Positions 12,458 through 25,150 of a stretch of DNA of 64,000 nt are shown piece after piece. The notes under the pieces were generated by a model that was given only the letters and a program-made list of their open reading frames with translations, did no database searches and had not been told where the DNA came from. The stretch is taken from assembly GCA_030704615.1 (NCBI GenBank), contig CM060731.1, positions 59,024,001 to 59,088,000 of the forward strand, given 5' to 3'. Origin of the DNA: Takakia lepidozioides (Eukaryota > Plantae > Bryophyta). A program made the translations under genes and the position numbers. How positions within the stretch are numbered: the first letter of the stretch is position 1; every line of letters starts with the position of its first letter.

Positions 12458-13786
12458 ATGAGGAACAACCTCAAAAATCTCTATCTCCTAGAATCCTTTT
12501 GCCTGCCTATTAATTTGAATATTAATACCTCAAATGTTAATGTCCCGGCCAACCCAAATCCTAGTGTAATTAATATTGTACCACCTATCATGGCTGCCCA
12601 ACAAGCCGCGGCAGGTTTGCCTATCGTCATTCCAGTTAATACAGCTGCACCACCTAATATAGTAAGGGATATACCGTTATTTTATGGTTTAGTTACCGAG
12701 GATGCTGACCAACACATTCAAATTTTTTTACATGTGTGTGCAGTCAGCCTTGTAGTAGAGGATGCCCATAAAATGATGGTTTTTCCTTATACTTTACAAG
12801 GGCAGGCTGACGCATGGTATTATAGACAAGCTGCAGCCACATTCGCCACTTGGCCAGATTTACGCGTTGCGTTCCAATTGGAATTTAATGCTGTAAAAAA
12901 CCCCCAAAGTGCAATGATGGAATTATCTCAGGTTAGACAAGGTATTGATGAGACAGTCGAAAATTACGCTAATAGGTTAAAAGACCTAGCAAGAAAATAA
13001 ACAACATTGAATTTAGATCAGATGGTTTTGAAATTATTTTTTATTCAAGGGCTGAAATATGAACATCAAATTCATGTAAGGTCAGCTAATCCAGCGACTT
13101 TGACTGATGCCATTGCCAGAGCAATATTATATGATCGTGCCATAAGAAGCACAAGGGTAAATCCCATGGTTAATGCAATGCAACCTTCTATAGTACCTAT
13201 GGGGTCCACCAATATGGTAGGATTTAATGGAGGACAGTTCAATGGTGTTAATAATCAACAATCCAAGCATATTTGAACCCATCCCTTAAATGTTCTGCCA
13301 CCCTCTAGACCTTTTGATTCTCTTAGTCAAGCAATTACTCTACCTCCAAAGCACGAGGAAACACATTGGGAGGGCTTAAGGGACTGGATGAATACCGTCA
13401 CCGAGAATTTAAAATCTGTAAATCAGAATATGGTTTTTATGCTTAAAACGCAAAATTTAATGGGAGGTAGGCCTGTGCAATCAAATGAGAAAAATCAGCT
13501 CATTTGTACCACATGCAATGGGAGAAATCATACTGCGCAAATTTGTAAAGCCCATGTCATATGTGGCTATTGCCATAGACCTCACCATTATGAGTCAGAA
13601 TGCTTTCGTAAACAAAAGGATGAAGCGACAAGAAATAGAGCTCAACCTGGTCAACATCCTAACCCGCATAGTCCTGTTCAAATCGTAAGAAAGAATATTT
13701 TAACGCGGGACAAGGGTGCTTCTTCTTTCAGGTGTGAATTTAATTATGGTCGAAAAATCTTCATCTGTACCGAAGGACGGGATTAG
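12458..13786 (+). pseudogene. gag: gag of B with two CCHC knuckles
   Basis: EDADQHIQIF...FPYTLQGQADAWY, QGIDETVENY, FIQGL; CTTCNGRNHTAQIC and CGYCHRPHHYESEC; internal stops. Confidence 0.88.
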
Positions 13787-14834
13787 GTCTAAAGTAAGAA
13801 ATAACACACAGGAAGTGTGGGAAGTAAGTACTCGGTCTAAAGTCAAAAACCTCGTTAAACAACCTGAGCCTGTCCCTGATGATGAAGATGAAACTAATGA
13901 AGAAATTAATGACTTTGGTATACCCAAGCACTCTCCTAATGAACAAGATCATAAAAATAATCTGGTCAAGGAAAAGAATATTGTAGAAGAACACCTGCCT
14001 AAAGTCAATCGACCAAAGACTGTCACTTTTGCTGACCAGAATCAAGAGTTCAAAAGGAAAGAAGAAGAACTTCCGATAAAGAAATATGCAAAACCTTATA
14101 GTGTATTAGAAGACTTGGCAGAAAATAAGGCCAATATTATGTTATCCCAGTTTATAACTATTTGTCCAGCTATTCAAAAAGAATTAATATTGGGTCTAGT
14201 AAGAAAACGTAAACCAGTAAGGGTTATAAGAGCGTTGGATTCAGCCATTATAGATAGAGATTGCCCTAAGGTAAATTGTATTGTGAATGAACTGGAAGTA
14301 TCTGGAGCCTTGGTTGATGCAGGGTCGGGGATAAATGTGATGACTTTAGTAGCCATGAAAGAACTAGGGTTGAAATTGCATGGACCGTCTCCTTACTCAT
14401 TGAGAATGGCTAATTACACTTCCGTGAAACCAGAAGGTATCATAATGAATGTAGAAATATTGGTGGCTGGTCAAATCACTAAAACCCACTTTTATGTGTT
14501 AAGAGTAGATAATCCTCGTTGCGGATATTTACTTCTTTTAGGAAGGCCTTGGCTTCGAGAGACTTACGTTGTAGTACATATTCCTAGAGGCATTCTAGCC
14601 ATAGGCAAGGGTCCAAAAAGAGTGGCAGTGGATGCTTATCCCCAATTAACTACTGAATCAAACCAGTTAAGTGAGCTGGAATATTTTAAAAGTGAATCAG
14701 ATGAATATGATAGTTCCGACGAAGAATTGATGTATAATGAAACAAAAATGGTTTTACCAGAAGAGTTCAAGGGAGTTCTGGATGTGTTGTTTTCAGAAGA
14801 ACTTGAGATTTTAGATGGAGTCGATGGTTTTTGA
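13716..14834 (+). pseudogene. aspartic protease region of B
   Basis: ALVDAGSGINVM and LLLGRPWL. Confidence 0.87.
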
Positions 14835-14976
14835 GAGTACTAAGGAAGAAATCTCTGACAAGCTGGAAGTACAAACTAAAAGTTTGAAACCAGATGTTAT
14901 TGAGCTAAATATAGGTACTGAAGGAGAGAGTAAATCAATTAGACTAAATAAAGAACTTGCAATTAATGAAGTCAAT

Positions 14977-15350
14977 AGAGTTATCCGTAAAGTGAGCCTA
15001 AGTTTGGTACCTTGTTTGGACCCGAGTTACGGGTTTCATCCCGAATTTGAGTTAATCCGTAAAGTGCAGAAAACTGAGCACGAAGTCAGAAAAGAGGGCA
15101 CCAAATTATAAACTGGGGATGAGGGCAACAGCTGCTCAAACCGAGCTCGTGAGCTCTGACCGCCTCCGCCTCAACGACTAACAAAACTCGGCACCAAACT
15201 CCTGCAACCCCCATTTTCCTAGTCCTGACAGTTTGGTCCCGTGTTTTTTTCTAGTCGTACCGCTTGATCTTGAGTTTCGAGTTTCATACCGAGTTTTGGC
15301 CAAACTCAGGGTTCTCATGCCCGAGTTTGGGACCCTTTACGGATAACTCT
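14977..15350. mobile_element. MITE inserted in pol of B
   Basis: 16-bp TIR AGAGTTATCCGTAAAG / CTTTACGGATAACTCT; AAT on both sides (TA if the TIR is read 1 nt shorter). Removal restores ELAINEVN-EFTALCKEFQDIFAWSY. Confidence 0.88.
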
Positions 15351-16150
15351 AATGAGTTCACAGCTTTGTGTAAGGAATTTCAAGACATTTTTGCTTGGTC
15401 ATATACGGACTTAAAAGGAATACCACCAAGCATTGTGACACATAAAATTTCTTTAATGCCAGGAGCCAAGCCTATTCGGCAACGCCAAAGGAGGGTTAAT
15501 CATGTGCGCTTAGAAGCCTTACAAAAAGAGGTGATAAAATTAAGAGATAATGGTTTGATTTTTGAAGTAGATAATTCAGAATGGGTCTTGTCAGTGGTAG
15601 TTGTCCCGAAGAAAACATGGGGTTTAAGGGTTTGCATGGATTATAGATTTAAATAAGGTAACCAAAAAGGATTATTATCCATTACCTTTTATTGATCAAA
15701 TTTTAGACTCAGTGGCCGGGAAAGAATGTTATAGTTTTATGGACTGCTTTTCCGGGTACAACCAAATAGCTATTGAGGAGAGTGATAAATTAAAAACAAC
15801 ATTTTCCACTATTTGGGGTACTTTTGCTTACCACGTCATGCCCTTTGGTTTGTGTAATGCTCTTTGGACATACCAACGGATGATGAATAATGCTTTTCAA
15901 GAATATCTTAATGTTTTTGTAAGAATTTTTGTTGACGATTTATGTTGTTGCACTACTAAAAAGGAACACCTTAAAGCTTTAAGAAAATGCTTTGAAAAAT
16001 GTAGACTGTATAGCATAGCCCTAATCCTATGAAGTGTTCTTTTGGGGCTAGATATGGAGTTTTGCTAAGACACGTGATTAGCCAAAAAGGACTTCAGGTA
16101 GATCCAGCAAAAATTGAGTTAATAATGAAAATGCCACCACCAACTAAGCA
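15351..16150 (+). pseudogene. reverse transcriptase of B, C-terminally deleted
   Basis: FAWSYTDLKGIPP, DCFSGYNQI, MPFGLCNA, IFVDDL; stops at MKMPPPT. Confidence 0.9.
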
Positions 16151-16159
16151 ATTTTTTTA

Positions 16160-17379
16160 TCTACACTTAAGTACCCTGAAGGATTTACAAATCTTGAGCG
16201 ACAAAAACTATGCTTACAATCTGTCAAATTCAGCATTATTGCTGGAAAATTGTATCGAGAAGGTGTGGATGGGATGTAGAGGCGTTGTGTTATTTCCGAA
16301 GAAATTCCAGTAATTTTAGAAGCCTGTCACGATAGTTGTTGCGGAGGTCACTTTGAAGGACTAACTACAACCCAAAAGATTTTAAGAGCGGGGTATTGGT
16401 GGCCAAGTATGTTTAAAGACTCATTTGAGTATGTTCAAAAATGCGATACTTGTCAGCGGTTCACCGGTTCTTTTATTAAGAGTCAAACTAGACCGCTTGT
16501 GCCAATCATAGCTTTGCTTCCATTTGAAAAATGGGGCATAGATTTTATGGGTCCATTTCACCCTACCTCAAGTTCTAGAAAAAATTATATTCTGGTAGCC
16601 ACAGACTATTTTACAAAGTGGGTTGAGGCGATAGCTGTTAAGAAAGATGATGCCAAAACCACGGTTAATTTTTTATTTAATAATATCATCACCAAGTTTG
16701 GAGCCCCACATGAATTGGTCTCGGACAGAGGTTCACATTTTCTTAATGATGTGATAAGCAATCTTACAGAGACCTTTAGTATAAAACATAGGAAAAGTAC
16801 GCCTTATCACCCACAAGCTAATGGGTTAGCTGAGAGCATTAATAAAACGTTGGCTCAAATTTTACGAAAAAACTGTAGATACCAATAAAAGAGACTGGGA
16901 CTTAAATTATGAGGGGCAGTTTGGGCATATAACACTGCTATCAAAACTGTCACGGGTTTCACACCATATGCATTGGTCTATGGGACAGAGTGTGTGCTTC
17001 CTATAGAACATGAAATCCAGACCATTAGGACCGCCATGGCTCATGACTTACCACTAGATGACTCAGTGAAAGAACGGTTAATTATGTTATCTCAGTTGGA
17101 TGAATGGCGGACAACCACTCAACTGAATATAGAGACCCAACAAAAACAATGGAAAATCAGATTTGATAAGGGTCTCAAACCGGTATCGTGGGAACCAGGG
17201 GACTAATGATAATCGAACCCAGACAAAAGCTGTTTCCTAGTAAATTTTCACATAAATGGTTTGGTCCTTTCATAGTAGAGGAGGCTTTTAAAAACGGTTC
17301 TTTACAGTTAAAGGATAGTGACGGTATATTGTTTCTAACTAAGACGGCTGGAGAACAAGTGAAAAAATATTATGTGTAA
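16160..17379 (+). pseudogene. integrase of B
   Basis: CHDSCCGGHF, CDTCQR, WGIDFMGP, TDYFTKWVEA, SDRGSHF, YHPQANGLAES, KWFGPF. Confidence 0.92.
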
Positions 17380-18277
17380 TGTTTAACCATCCGGACTGTT
17401 CATAATCATCTTTCCAAGGTTTTTAGACTCCAATTTCTTAGAAGCTTCACTTAACATCATGATTTCAAGCGAAGGGGGTCTAATGATTTTTATTTTTTTT
17501 GGAGCAAATAGCTCATACCTTATTGCATTTATTTCAAGCAATCCAAGCATTCTTGCATTTACACTTAACGCACCACTTGGATAACTTTCCACGGGCTTAA
17601 AATAATTGGTTCTAACCCAATAACCTTATATTATGGTATTTATATTTATAAAGTACTACACAAGGATGATGCAACATACACAAGAGTCCATAATGGACCG
17701 TAGTATATCATGGGAAAAAGATTTGGGTGCATTTGTTTGATAATATGAGTATGAGAGTTTCAACCTTGCTCTCATCTGTTTTGGAAGAATAAACCCAAGC
17801 ATGCATCCTGGCATAAGCCGGTGGACAAGGGACCGGAGGGGATAACCTTTTCCGGATTATATCACTTCACTGCACTAAACCACTTTTAAAAGTTAAAGAG
17901 GGATGGTCACACACTTTGCTGTCATAACTTATAAAATATAAACGTGTAAAAATGTATTTTCTGCACAGCACAAGAATAATGCACAAAAGATAATGAGCAG
18001 AATATTTAAAAGACTTAAAAGTTCTTGTAAGTTAATGCAAATTACTGTCAAGGTTGGACAGTAAATCTTGGGTTCCAACAAAGTTCTTCTTACAGCGAGA
18101 ATGATCTCCTTGACTTTATAATGAGTGAATCATTTTATTCATATTTCCATAGTTATTTTACAAAGAAATTATTTGGGTATATATGATAATATTTTCATGT
18201 TATTATCTCTCTCACACTAACCAGGGATTCTGGGTTCGTCGTTAAGGGACTAACTGTATCGGTATGATCGCCAAAAA

Positions 18278-18937
18278 TGTTAAGTGAATTTACAGCCTTG
18301 TGCTAAAATCTCATTTTAGATGACTTTTAGAACCAATTAATGGGAAGGCATACACCAATTGATATGGGCTTTGAACTTGAGACCTACTCGCGAATATGAG
18401 GTGTGAAAGTAATTTAAAAACATTCCAAAAACTTTTGTTGTGTCAGGGATTGATCCTAAAATCTCCAAGGAGTGAATTTGGAGGAAAAACAAATAAATTA
18501 TTGGAGTCCTGGAAATTAAAAGGTGCCAGAATAGAAAATTAAAGTGACCAATGAGAAGGAAGGAACCATTGGTATCTAAGAAATAAAGCGTTGTCCCTTA
18601 AAAGAAAAGGATGAAAAAGAAGAAGGAGAGGAGGACAAGGAGGCGAAAGAGAGAGATGACTGAAGAATATGGATCAGAATAGGAATCAAGGAAGGAGACT
18701 AGATGAGGGGTGGTAGCATGAGAGACTATGATCTGAAACTATGAAGAAGGCTTAATTACATAAATGAAATAAATAGTAGCATATGAAACAGGAAAGCGAT
18801 GGAGGAAGAACTATAATAGCTGTGATCATTTTCAATATTATAATAAAGTCAGTTTTCCATTCCCTTCGTTTTGTGAAATAAATAAATAATTATGTAGCAT
18901 ATACAATTCAGAAATGGAGGGAAAATATGGACAAACA
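18278..18937 (+). repeat. 3' LTR of B
   Basis: Direct repeat of 10783-11453. Confidence 0.96.
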
Positions 18938-18942
18938 CTGAC

Positions 18943-20788
18943 CCTTCAGTGCACTCTTTGAAAACACTTGCCATGGCACTTAAAGCGACTGCCACAACAG
19001 CCACGAAATGTGCGACACCTCTGGTTGCAAACAATGCATCTGCGGCGTAAATGAGAACGCTCAACCATATGAAGGCACCACCAAATGTAGATGTGTAACC
19101 CTATTGTCATCCTCCTATCAGAGCCTCTGCAATCAACAACTGGAAGTGGGCATGAGTCAATGCCTTTCTGCCCAAAGAAGCCATGTTGCCTAGGGTCCCA
19201 ACCAAGTAGCTATCACTACTTGACTACCAATTGTTGTCTTTGAAGATATCTCTAAATCCCAGAGTATCCAAATCCACAGTGTCATCATAGATACCCAACT
19301 CACCAACAAATCCTGATGACTTTCCCAGCCCAATTCCAACTGTCTACATCATCCGTGTCCCCCTCATATGTCATAGGATCATCACCACGGTCCTCATCAT
19401 CAGAAAAATTCATGAATGTCAATGTCATCCATCAAGTGTTGTGAGCACATATCACCTCTACCATTGAGGACCAACTTTCCCCTTTTGTCACTTGTGCTAT
19501 CCCCAAACAAAGTACTAGTGGGCGGGCCAAGCAAATTATCACATTGCCCAATCTAAAGTGTCCTCAAATCTCCATTGGGATCCACCCATTCATGAGACTC
19601 ACCACAAACCACATGTTGTTTGAGTACTCTAACAGGTACAGCAGGCCTGATCAGACGTGTTTGAGATCTACCAGCAGATATGCTAGCCAGATCTACTCTC
19701 TTTGGCATATGAGACACCCCAAGGTCAAACAAATTGCAAGAAGGACTACAATCCGATTGGGATTCCTCCACAGCAACACATTTTCCCTTTTCAGGATCAC
19801 TAGAATTGGAATGAACACCTCTCTCTCTCAACAGGAAATGGTGCTAAGAGAGGATGTCAAGGCACTACTACCTTCAAATGCAAGAGGGTGCTGCAAACTC
19901 AAACATCTAGGCTCAAAATGTATCAGGCCAGTTGGGGGCTGTTCCAAGGTACTCAGTTGACCAAATCACTGAACCCTGTGCTAGACCCCTCAACTCTCCG
20001 AGCTCTCTAACCAAGTCTCCTTGCAACTTGACGCCTAAAGTGATACCTAAGCTCACTAGGTGTACTGGGACTAAAACTCAAAAGACTTACACCAGGTGGG
20101 GGCTGGAGAGACACCAAGAACTCCTGGCCTAAGCACCCTCTAATGAAAGCCCTATCACTCTCACTTGCACCCAATCCTACAGCCCACCCATCAAAATATA
20201 TGCAGGCCCACATTGTACAATGTAGGAAGAGCCTCTGGAGCAACAACATTGATGGGCAATCACGGCATGGTGTGATTGCACACCACACCAACAAAAAACT
20301 AGAAAACCCTGAAAAAAAACCCAAATTGCAAGCTATCCGAGCACCCACTTACCCATAACAGAAAATCAAGAGCAAAAGAAGAAGACACAGGAAAAGAAGA
20401 TGAAGATGGTGTCCCAAACTACCCCTTTATGAAGTACAGCCAACATGCAAGCCAAAGAACAATGTACACTGAAGCAGGAAATGGGGGTTAGTGAGTTCAG
20501 TCCTCACAAACCATGATTTGTGGGCAATGGGGTTGCTCTTCACACTGTTGAACAACCATGCAAAACCTGCAGAGAAGCACAAAACAAGCTTGGCATTAAC
20601 ACCCAAAAAATGCAATCCAAGCAAAAGCAAACCACAAGATTAGTAACTTATTGTGGCAGCCCAAGCAAACCAGAGAACATGAAGTACCTTAGCAAACAAC
20701 ATGCAGTAAAACCACATGAAAAGAGAACAACAATGTTCATGAGCAAACCAGATGAAATAGAAAGTTAGTTAGGGCTACTAACTCAACA
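18943..20788 (-). mobile_element. upstream remainder of host element H (degenerate)
   Basis: Coding-like sequence continues across the CTGAC TSD (ALSAMASVFKECTEG / QEILIVLATDTPIFRRPYRY). Possible LTR start TGTTGAGTTAG at 20788 on the minus strand; outer boundary uncertain. Confidence 0.5.
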
Positions 20789-21013
20789 ACGCTACTGTGT
20801 GAGCGTGTGAGCGTATGCTCACACAATGGTGATGTGGCGTGAGCATACACTCACGTCGCTGACATGGCGCTAATGCTGACATGGCGTGAGCCTGGCCCAG
20901 GTCGTGCCACATCACCACAAAGAAGGTGGTGGGCCTATAACCGTGAGCCTACAACTGGGGATTTCATCACATGAAGGTGAAACGGGTTAAGGGTTTCGGG
21001 CGTCCGGAGAGTT

Positions 21014-21162
21014 CAACCTTGTATTAACACGAGGTTGATTTCCTAGAACTCAAACCAACCTTGTGTTAACACGAGGTTGTTTTCCTAGAACTGAAATCAA
21101 CCTTGTGTTAACACAAGGTTGATTTGGAGAACTTCAAATCAACCTCGTGTAACACGAGGTTG
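21014..21162. repeat. four 23-24-bp palindromes (CAACCTYGTGTTAACACRAGGTTG) at 42-bp spacing
   Basis: Copies start at 21014, 21056, 21098 (perfect) and 21140. Confidence 0.9.
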
Positions 21163-21365
21163 ATTTCCGAGAATGTCCATTTGAAGGAAGTTTGTTGTGT
21201 TTGCAAATGAACAGAGGAGGACAAACGAATGCGACATATTTGTTGCCCCACGCATTGGGAAGATGTTAGAGGACATACACTGAGAGACACTGGACTTCAA
21301 CACTCATTCCATTACAAGTAGTAGTCAAGGAAAACACAGATTTCTTCATATCAAGTGCATGCTGT

Positions 21366-22700
21366 CTATGTGCTTGTATCCCGCTGTAGAAGTGTGTTGA
21401 CTTCGTTGAAACTCATAGTAGCTTGGTGAATGAAGAAGTCGCGCTTTGGATCACAAACCATTCTTCTCAAGAAGACGAAATAAAGATGTTTGCGCGATAT
21501 GAATTTCCCTCTCTTTCCCAAACTACTTGAAAGCATACCAACAAAATTAGGACAGGTGCAATTGGGAAAATTGGAAATAGTGATGTCATACGTCCTGTAC
21601 TGCAGGGCAGATGCGGATGTGATCATGGTGTAGACCCGACCATACCCCAGATCAGGCACTTCCATTGTTCCTGCAACACGAGCGTGAAGCATTATCGCGG
21701 ACTCGACCTTGCCAAAGTGTTCTGCAGTTGGTGGGAATCGTCGAACCAGCTTCCCATTCCGTCTGGTTGGCCACAAGTGAGCATCAGGAGGAGGTACCCG
21801 TGAATTGCTTGAACTTGAAGCACCTCCACGTGTAATGGATTGTCTGGCGAGGGAGAAACCCACCTCCTCCAGCATTGCGATCTCTTGGTGATTGAGACCT
21901 GTGCCCATCTTCATAGGCCAAACGCTTGGTGGAGGAGGCTTCATCACCACGGAGGGTCGCACAGTCCCACGCACACATCTCCCGCAATCGTCATTGTAGA
22001 ACCAGAACTTGTGGTTCTTTGCCTCTCTTTGTCCATAAGGGAGAAACAAACCAGTGAATGTAGGAGCTGCAGTGCGTTGTTTGCCTCTGGATATTAAAGA
22101 CGTGCACTTTTCATGATTGGTGGCCCTGATCGCCGTGCATTTGACACGAGATGCAGCACTTGTGCTTTCTATATGTCAAACCTCGTCCAAGCACATGGAC
22201 TCCATCATATCCGGCACCATGTTCTATTCTTCAACCATTGCAATAAGAGTACTGCTTGATGCTGGGGTCTGGTCTGGGGCTGAATGGCCCTCGCCTGTGG
22301 ATGTTCCACAATTCCATTTTTAATCCAAGGGAGCACGTGGCGTGGAGAAGTTGACCCTGTCTGCCCTATGGGAATCTACATCCGAATCGGGAGGGAAGAC
22401 CCGAATCTCTCTTCGCCTTCCAGATGGGGAACTCTAGACACAAGAGGGGTGCCATCCGCACATATACTCACTGCCCTTGCTATTTTGTTGGGATCCCCCG
22501 ATCTTCTTGTCGCCCGTAACATCAACTCGTTCATGTCGGGGCCTTTGCCACCAATGCCACCCTTCAAGAATGACCTGTATCTGGTTTGTTGTTGGAGAGC
22601 ACGGATCAGGTCATCGGCCGTGGCCGCATACAAATCTCTTCCCCTTTTACCGGATGCAACCAGGCATTGTGCACTGCCTAGGGGGTGCACTCCAGCCAAT
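21366..22700 (-). pseudogene. C-terminal part of a transposase-like protein with a SWIM zinc finger
   Basis: NFPNCTCPNF...ISRKHLYFVF (SWIM, third Cys changed to R). Upstream Cys-rich segment SRVKC...EKC...FWFYNDDCGRC, plus DSHRADRVNFS. Several frameshifts. Confidence 0.6.
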
Positions 22701-23036
22701 ATGTACCAGCCACGTGCGTGTACACGAGGGGGTATTTTAAACCCCTCCATATACAACATTATACATATAGAGGGAGGTTTAAATCACCTTAAATATAATC
22801 TTACAGGAGGGGATAAATGAATTTCAGTGGTAGTCTAGTGGTAAGGACGTAGATTGTGTCGCAACGCACCGCGGGATCAAATCGCGATGCACTGTTTTTT
22901 TTTGCTTTTCTTTTTTTTCTTTTCTCCCCGCAATCTGTCTCCCGCGGGCTCTCTTTTCCCTCCTCTCCCGCGCCCCTTCCGCGCCAGCTTGGTCTTAGCA
23001 GGCCATGTTTCAATCTCTTCCTGCTCAATCTCACCG

Positions 23037-23220
23037 TGGGTAGATGGTCAACTGGAAACAACAGCGGTAGCAGCGCATTGATAGAACAAGGCACTGCTAA
23101 TTAAGGTACTTTCTTCAACGCATTTCACCCTGTTTTCCCTGTTAGCAGAGTCGTCCCTAATTTTTCATGTTGAATTCTGCAAGTTAGCTCGTTGGTGGAT
23201 CTATGGTGGTTTTGGAGTGA
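23037..23220 (+). repeat. dispersed repeat (GGGTAGATGGTCAACTGG...), also at about 31416-31545 and 48125-48298
   Basis: Same sequence seen at three loci, with shorter matches near 31655 and 48693. Confidence 0.8.
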
Positions 23221-23479
23221 TTTTGTGCTCCCTGCACCTTCTTCTTCAACATATTTCAGTCAGGTTTGCCCTCGTATCATTAGGGTTTAGGGTGTTTGCT
23301 GGAAGAACTTCGTGCCATCAGTATCAGCTGCTAGTAGCAAGGCTGAGGATGTATTCATGATTTTTCCACAGGCAGGGAGGGGGCTGCTATTTCATGAGCG
23401 GCATGAGCATGAGCGGAAAAAAAAAAAACATGAGCAGACCATTGTGTGTCCACGGAAATAGGGTTAGGAGGCACGAAAA

Positions 23480-24030
23480 TAGGGTCATGTCTCCATGCCC
23501 ATACTTGCCACAATGCCCACATTGCAACTGTGTAGGCTGTGCATGTGCCGACCCTTTGCCTCCCTCTGGGCAATCCTTCTTGACATGGGGTCCTCCACAT
23601 GTCCAGCACACCACATCCGCCCGTTGTTGGCCAACAAATGAAGGGAGAGACCCCTGCATGTGAGGTCCTCTCTGCCCTTCTCTGAGCTTCATCTGAGCCC
23701 CCTTGTTGCCTTGAGCACGTTGAGGTAGTGGTTGGCTAGGAGCACCACTACCCCGTGGTGTCTCTTTAGCAAATCCCACCATGACCACTCGTTCCTCCAC
23801 CATGTTGAGCTCTATCCGCTCTGCCAGCAAAAACACATTTGCTAAGGTGGGTTGGGCCGCTTGTAGGAGAGTTGCATCCCGCACCCTTCTCCTCAACTCC
23901 TTGTCCAATATCCCATACCAGAATTGGATTGCTTGAGCTTCCGTAACCCCTTGGGTTACATTTATCAAGCGCCTCATGCGAGTGAAAGCCTCCCTCAAGC
24001 TCTCGGTCGGCTTCCGTTGGAATAGCCGGA
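23480..24030 (-). pseudogene. gag: gag fragment with zinc knuckles
   Basis: ETDRELEG/LREAFTRM...WYGILDKELRRRV; CWTCGGPHVKKDC, CGHCGKYGH. Confidence 0.75.
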
Positions 24031-24639
24031 ATGGGCACTACTCTCCTACACCCTCCGAGGAACTTGCCCCACCTTCTTCCTCATCCCCCTCATCCCCCTC
24101 ATCCTCCGAGCTCTGTGATGCATCAGTTCCACTATGCCTCTCAAAAATCCCGTCCTCTTGGGGGACTGTCCACCTCACCTCCTGGGAATCTTCTGCATCT
24201 TCTCCCCCACTTTCCTCAGCTGAATCCAAGACAAATCTACGAGCTTGACGGGCTCTAATAGCTGCTGCCTCCTCCCTCATCTTCATTTTCTTGAGGCTTG
24301 CCTCGTCTAAAATCTGCTGTACACGACTAGGTTCAGAACACCTCCTAATGGACACCGAAGCAAGCCGGGCAACATAAGTAGGAAGGATGTAGTCCCTTTC
24401 TGGACTAGGCATGAAATCCCCCCTGGCAAAAAAATGCACGTTCCTCCTGCCCATGAACTGCGGTGTAGACGTCCCTCCTACAGTACTTGACATCCTACAG
24501 TAAGAACAAATCCACTTGAAGAATGTCAATACCAGCAGAAGCAAAAATGTTCTTTCAATGAAATAAAAGAGCGAGGGGAGGTGCCTCACAAAACCAGGAG
24601 GCAACTTACAATGCGACCACTCACTCGTAAACCATTTTC

Positions 24640-25076
24640 GGCACCATTTTCCTAGGTTGGGCCCGAAAATGGCTAAGTCCCAAAACTGACTGAGCGCGGA
24701 ACTAGAAAAATGGCGCCGAATTTCCGGTTGCGGTTCCAGCCACCCTAGGGACTTAGCCATTTTCGGGGCCCTGAACTGGAAAAATGGCGCCATTTTTCCA
24801 TTTCGGGGCTGAAAATGGCTAAGGCCCAGATCTGACTGGGCCCGGAACTGGAAAAATGGCGCCGAATTTCCGATTTTGCTGCCAGCCACCCTAGGGACTT
24901 ACCCATTTTCGGGGGCTTAAACTGGAAAAATGGCGCAATTTTTCCATTTCGGGGCCAAAAATGGCTAAGTCCCAGATCTGACTGGGCCCGGAACTGGAAA
25001 AATGGCGCCGAATTTCCGATTTTGGTGCCAGTCAGATCTGGGACTTAGCCATTTTCGGCCCCGAACCGGAAAAATG

Positions 25077-25150
<74 letters not shown>

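Larger units (their letters stand above)
10783..18937 (+). mobile_element. Ty3/gypsy element B with both LTRs, nested in H
   Basis: Two LTRs TGTTAAG...CAAACA; perfect 5-bp TSD CTGAC at 10778-10782 and 18938-18942; internal aRH-gag-PR-RT-IN. Confidence 0.96.

Noticed and set aside
16140-16170. Natural replacement of native RNase H by the upstream aRH in B
   Set aside because: The deletion also removes the RT thumb/connection region, so it looks like a lesion. It cannot be claimed from one copy.
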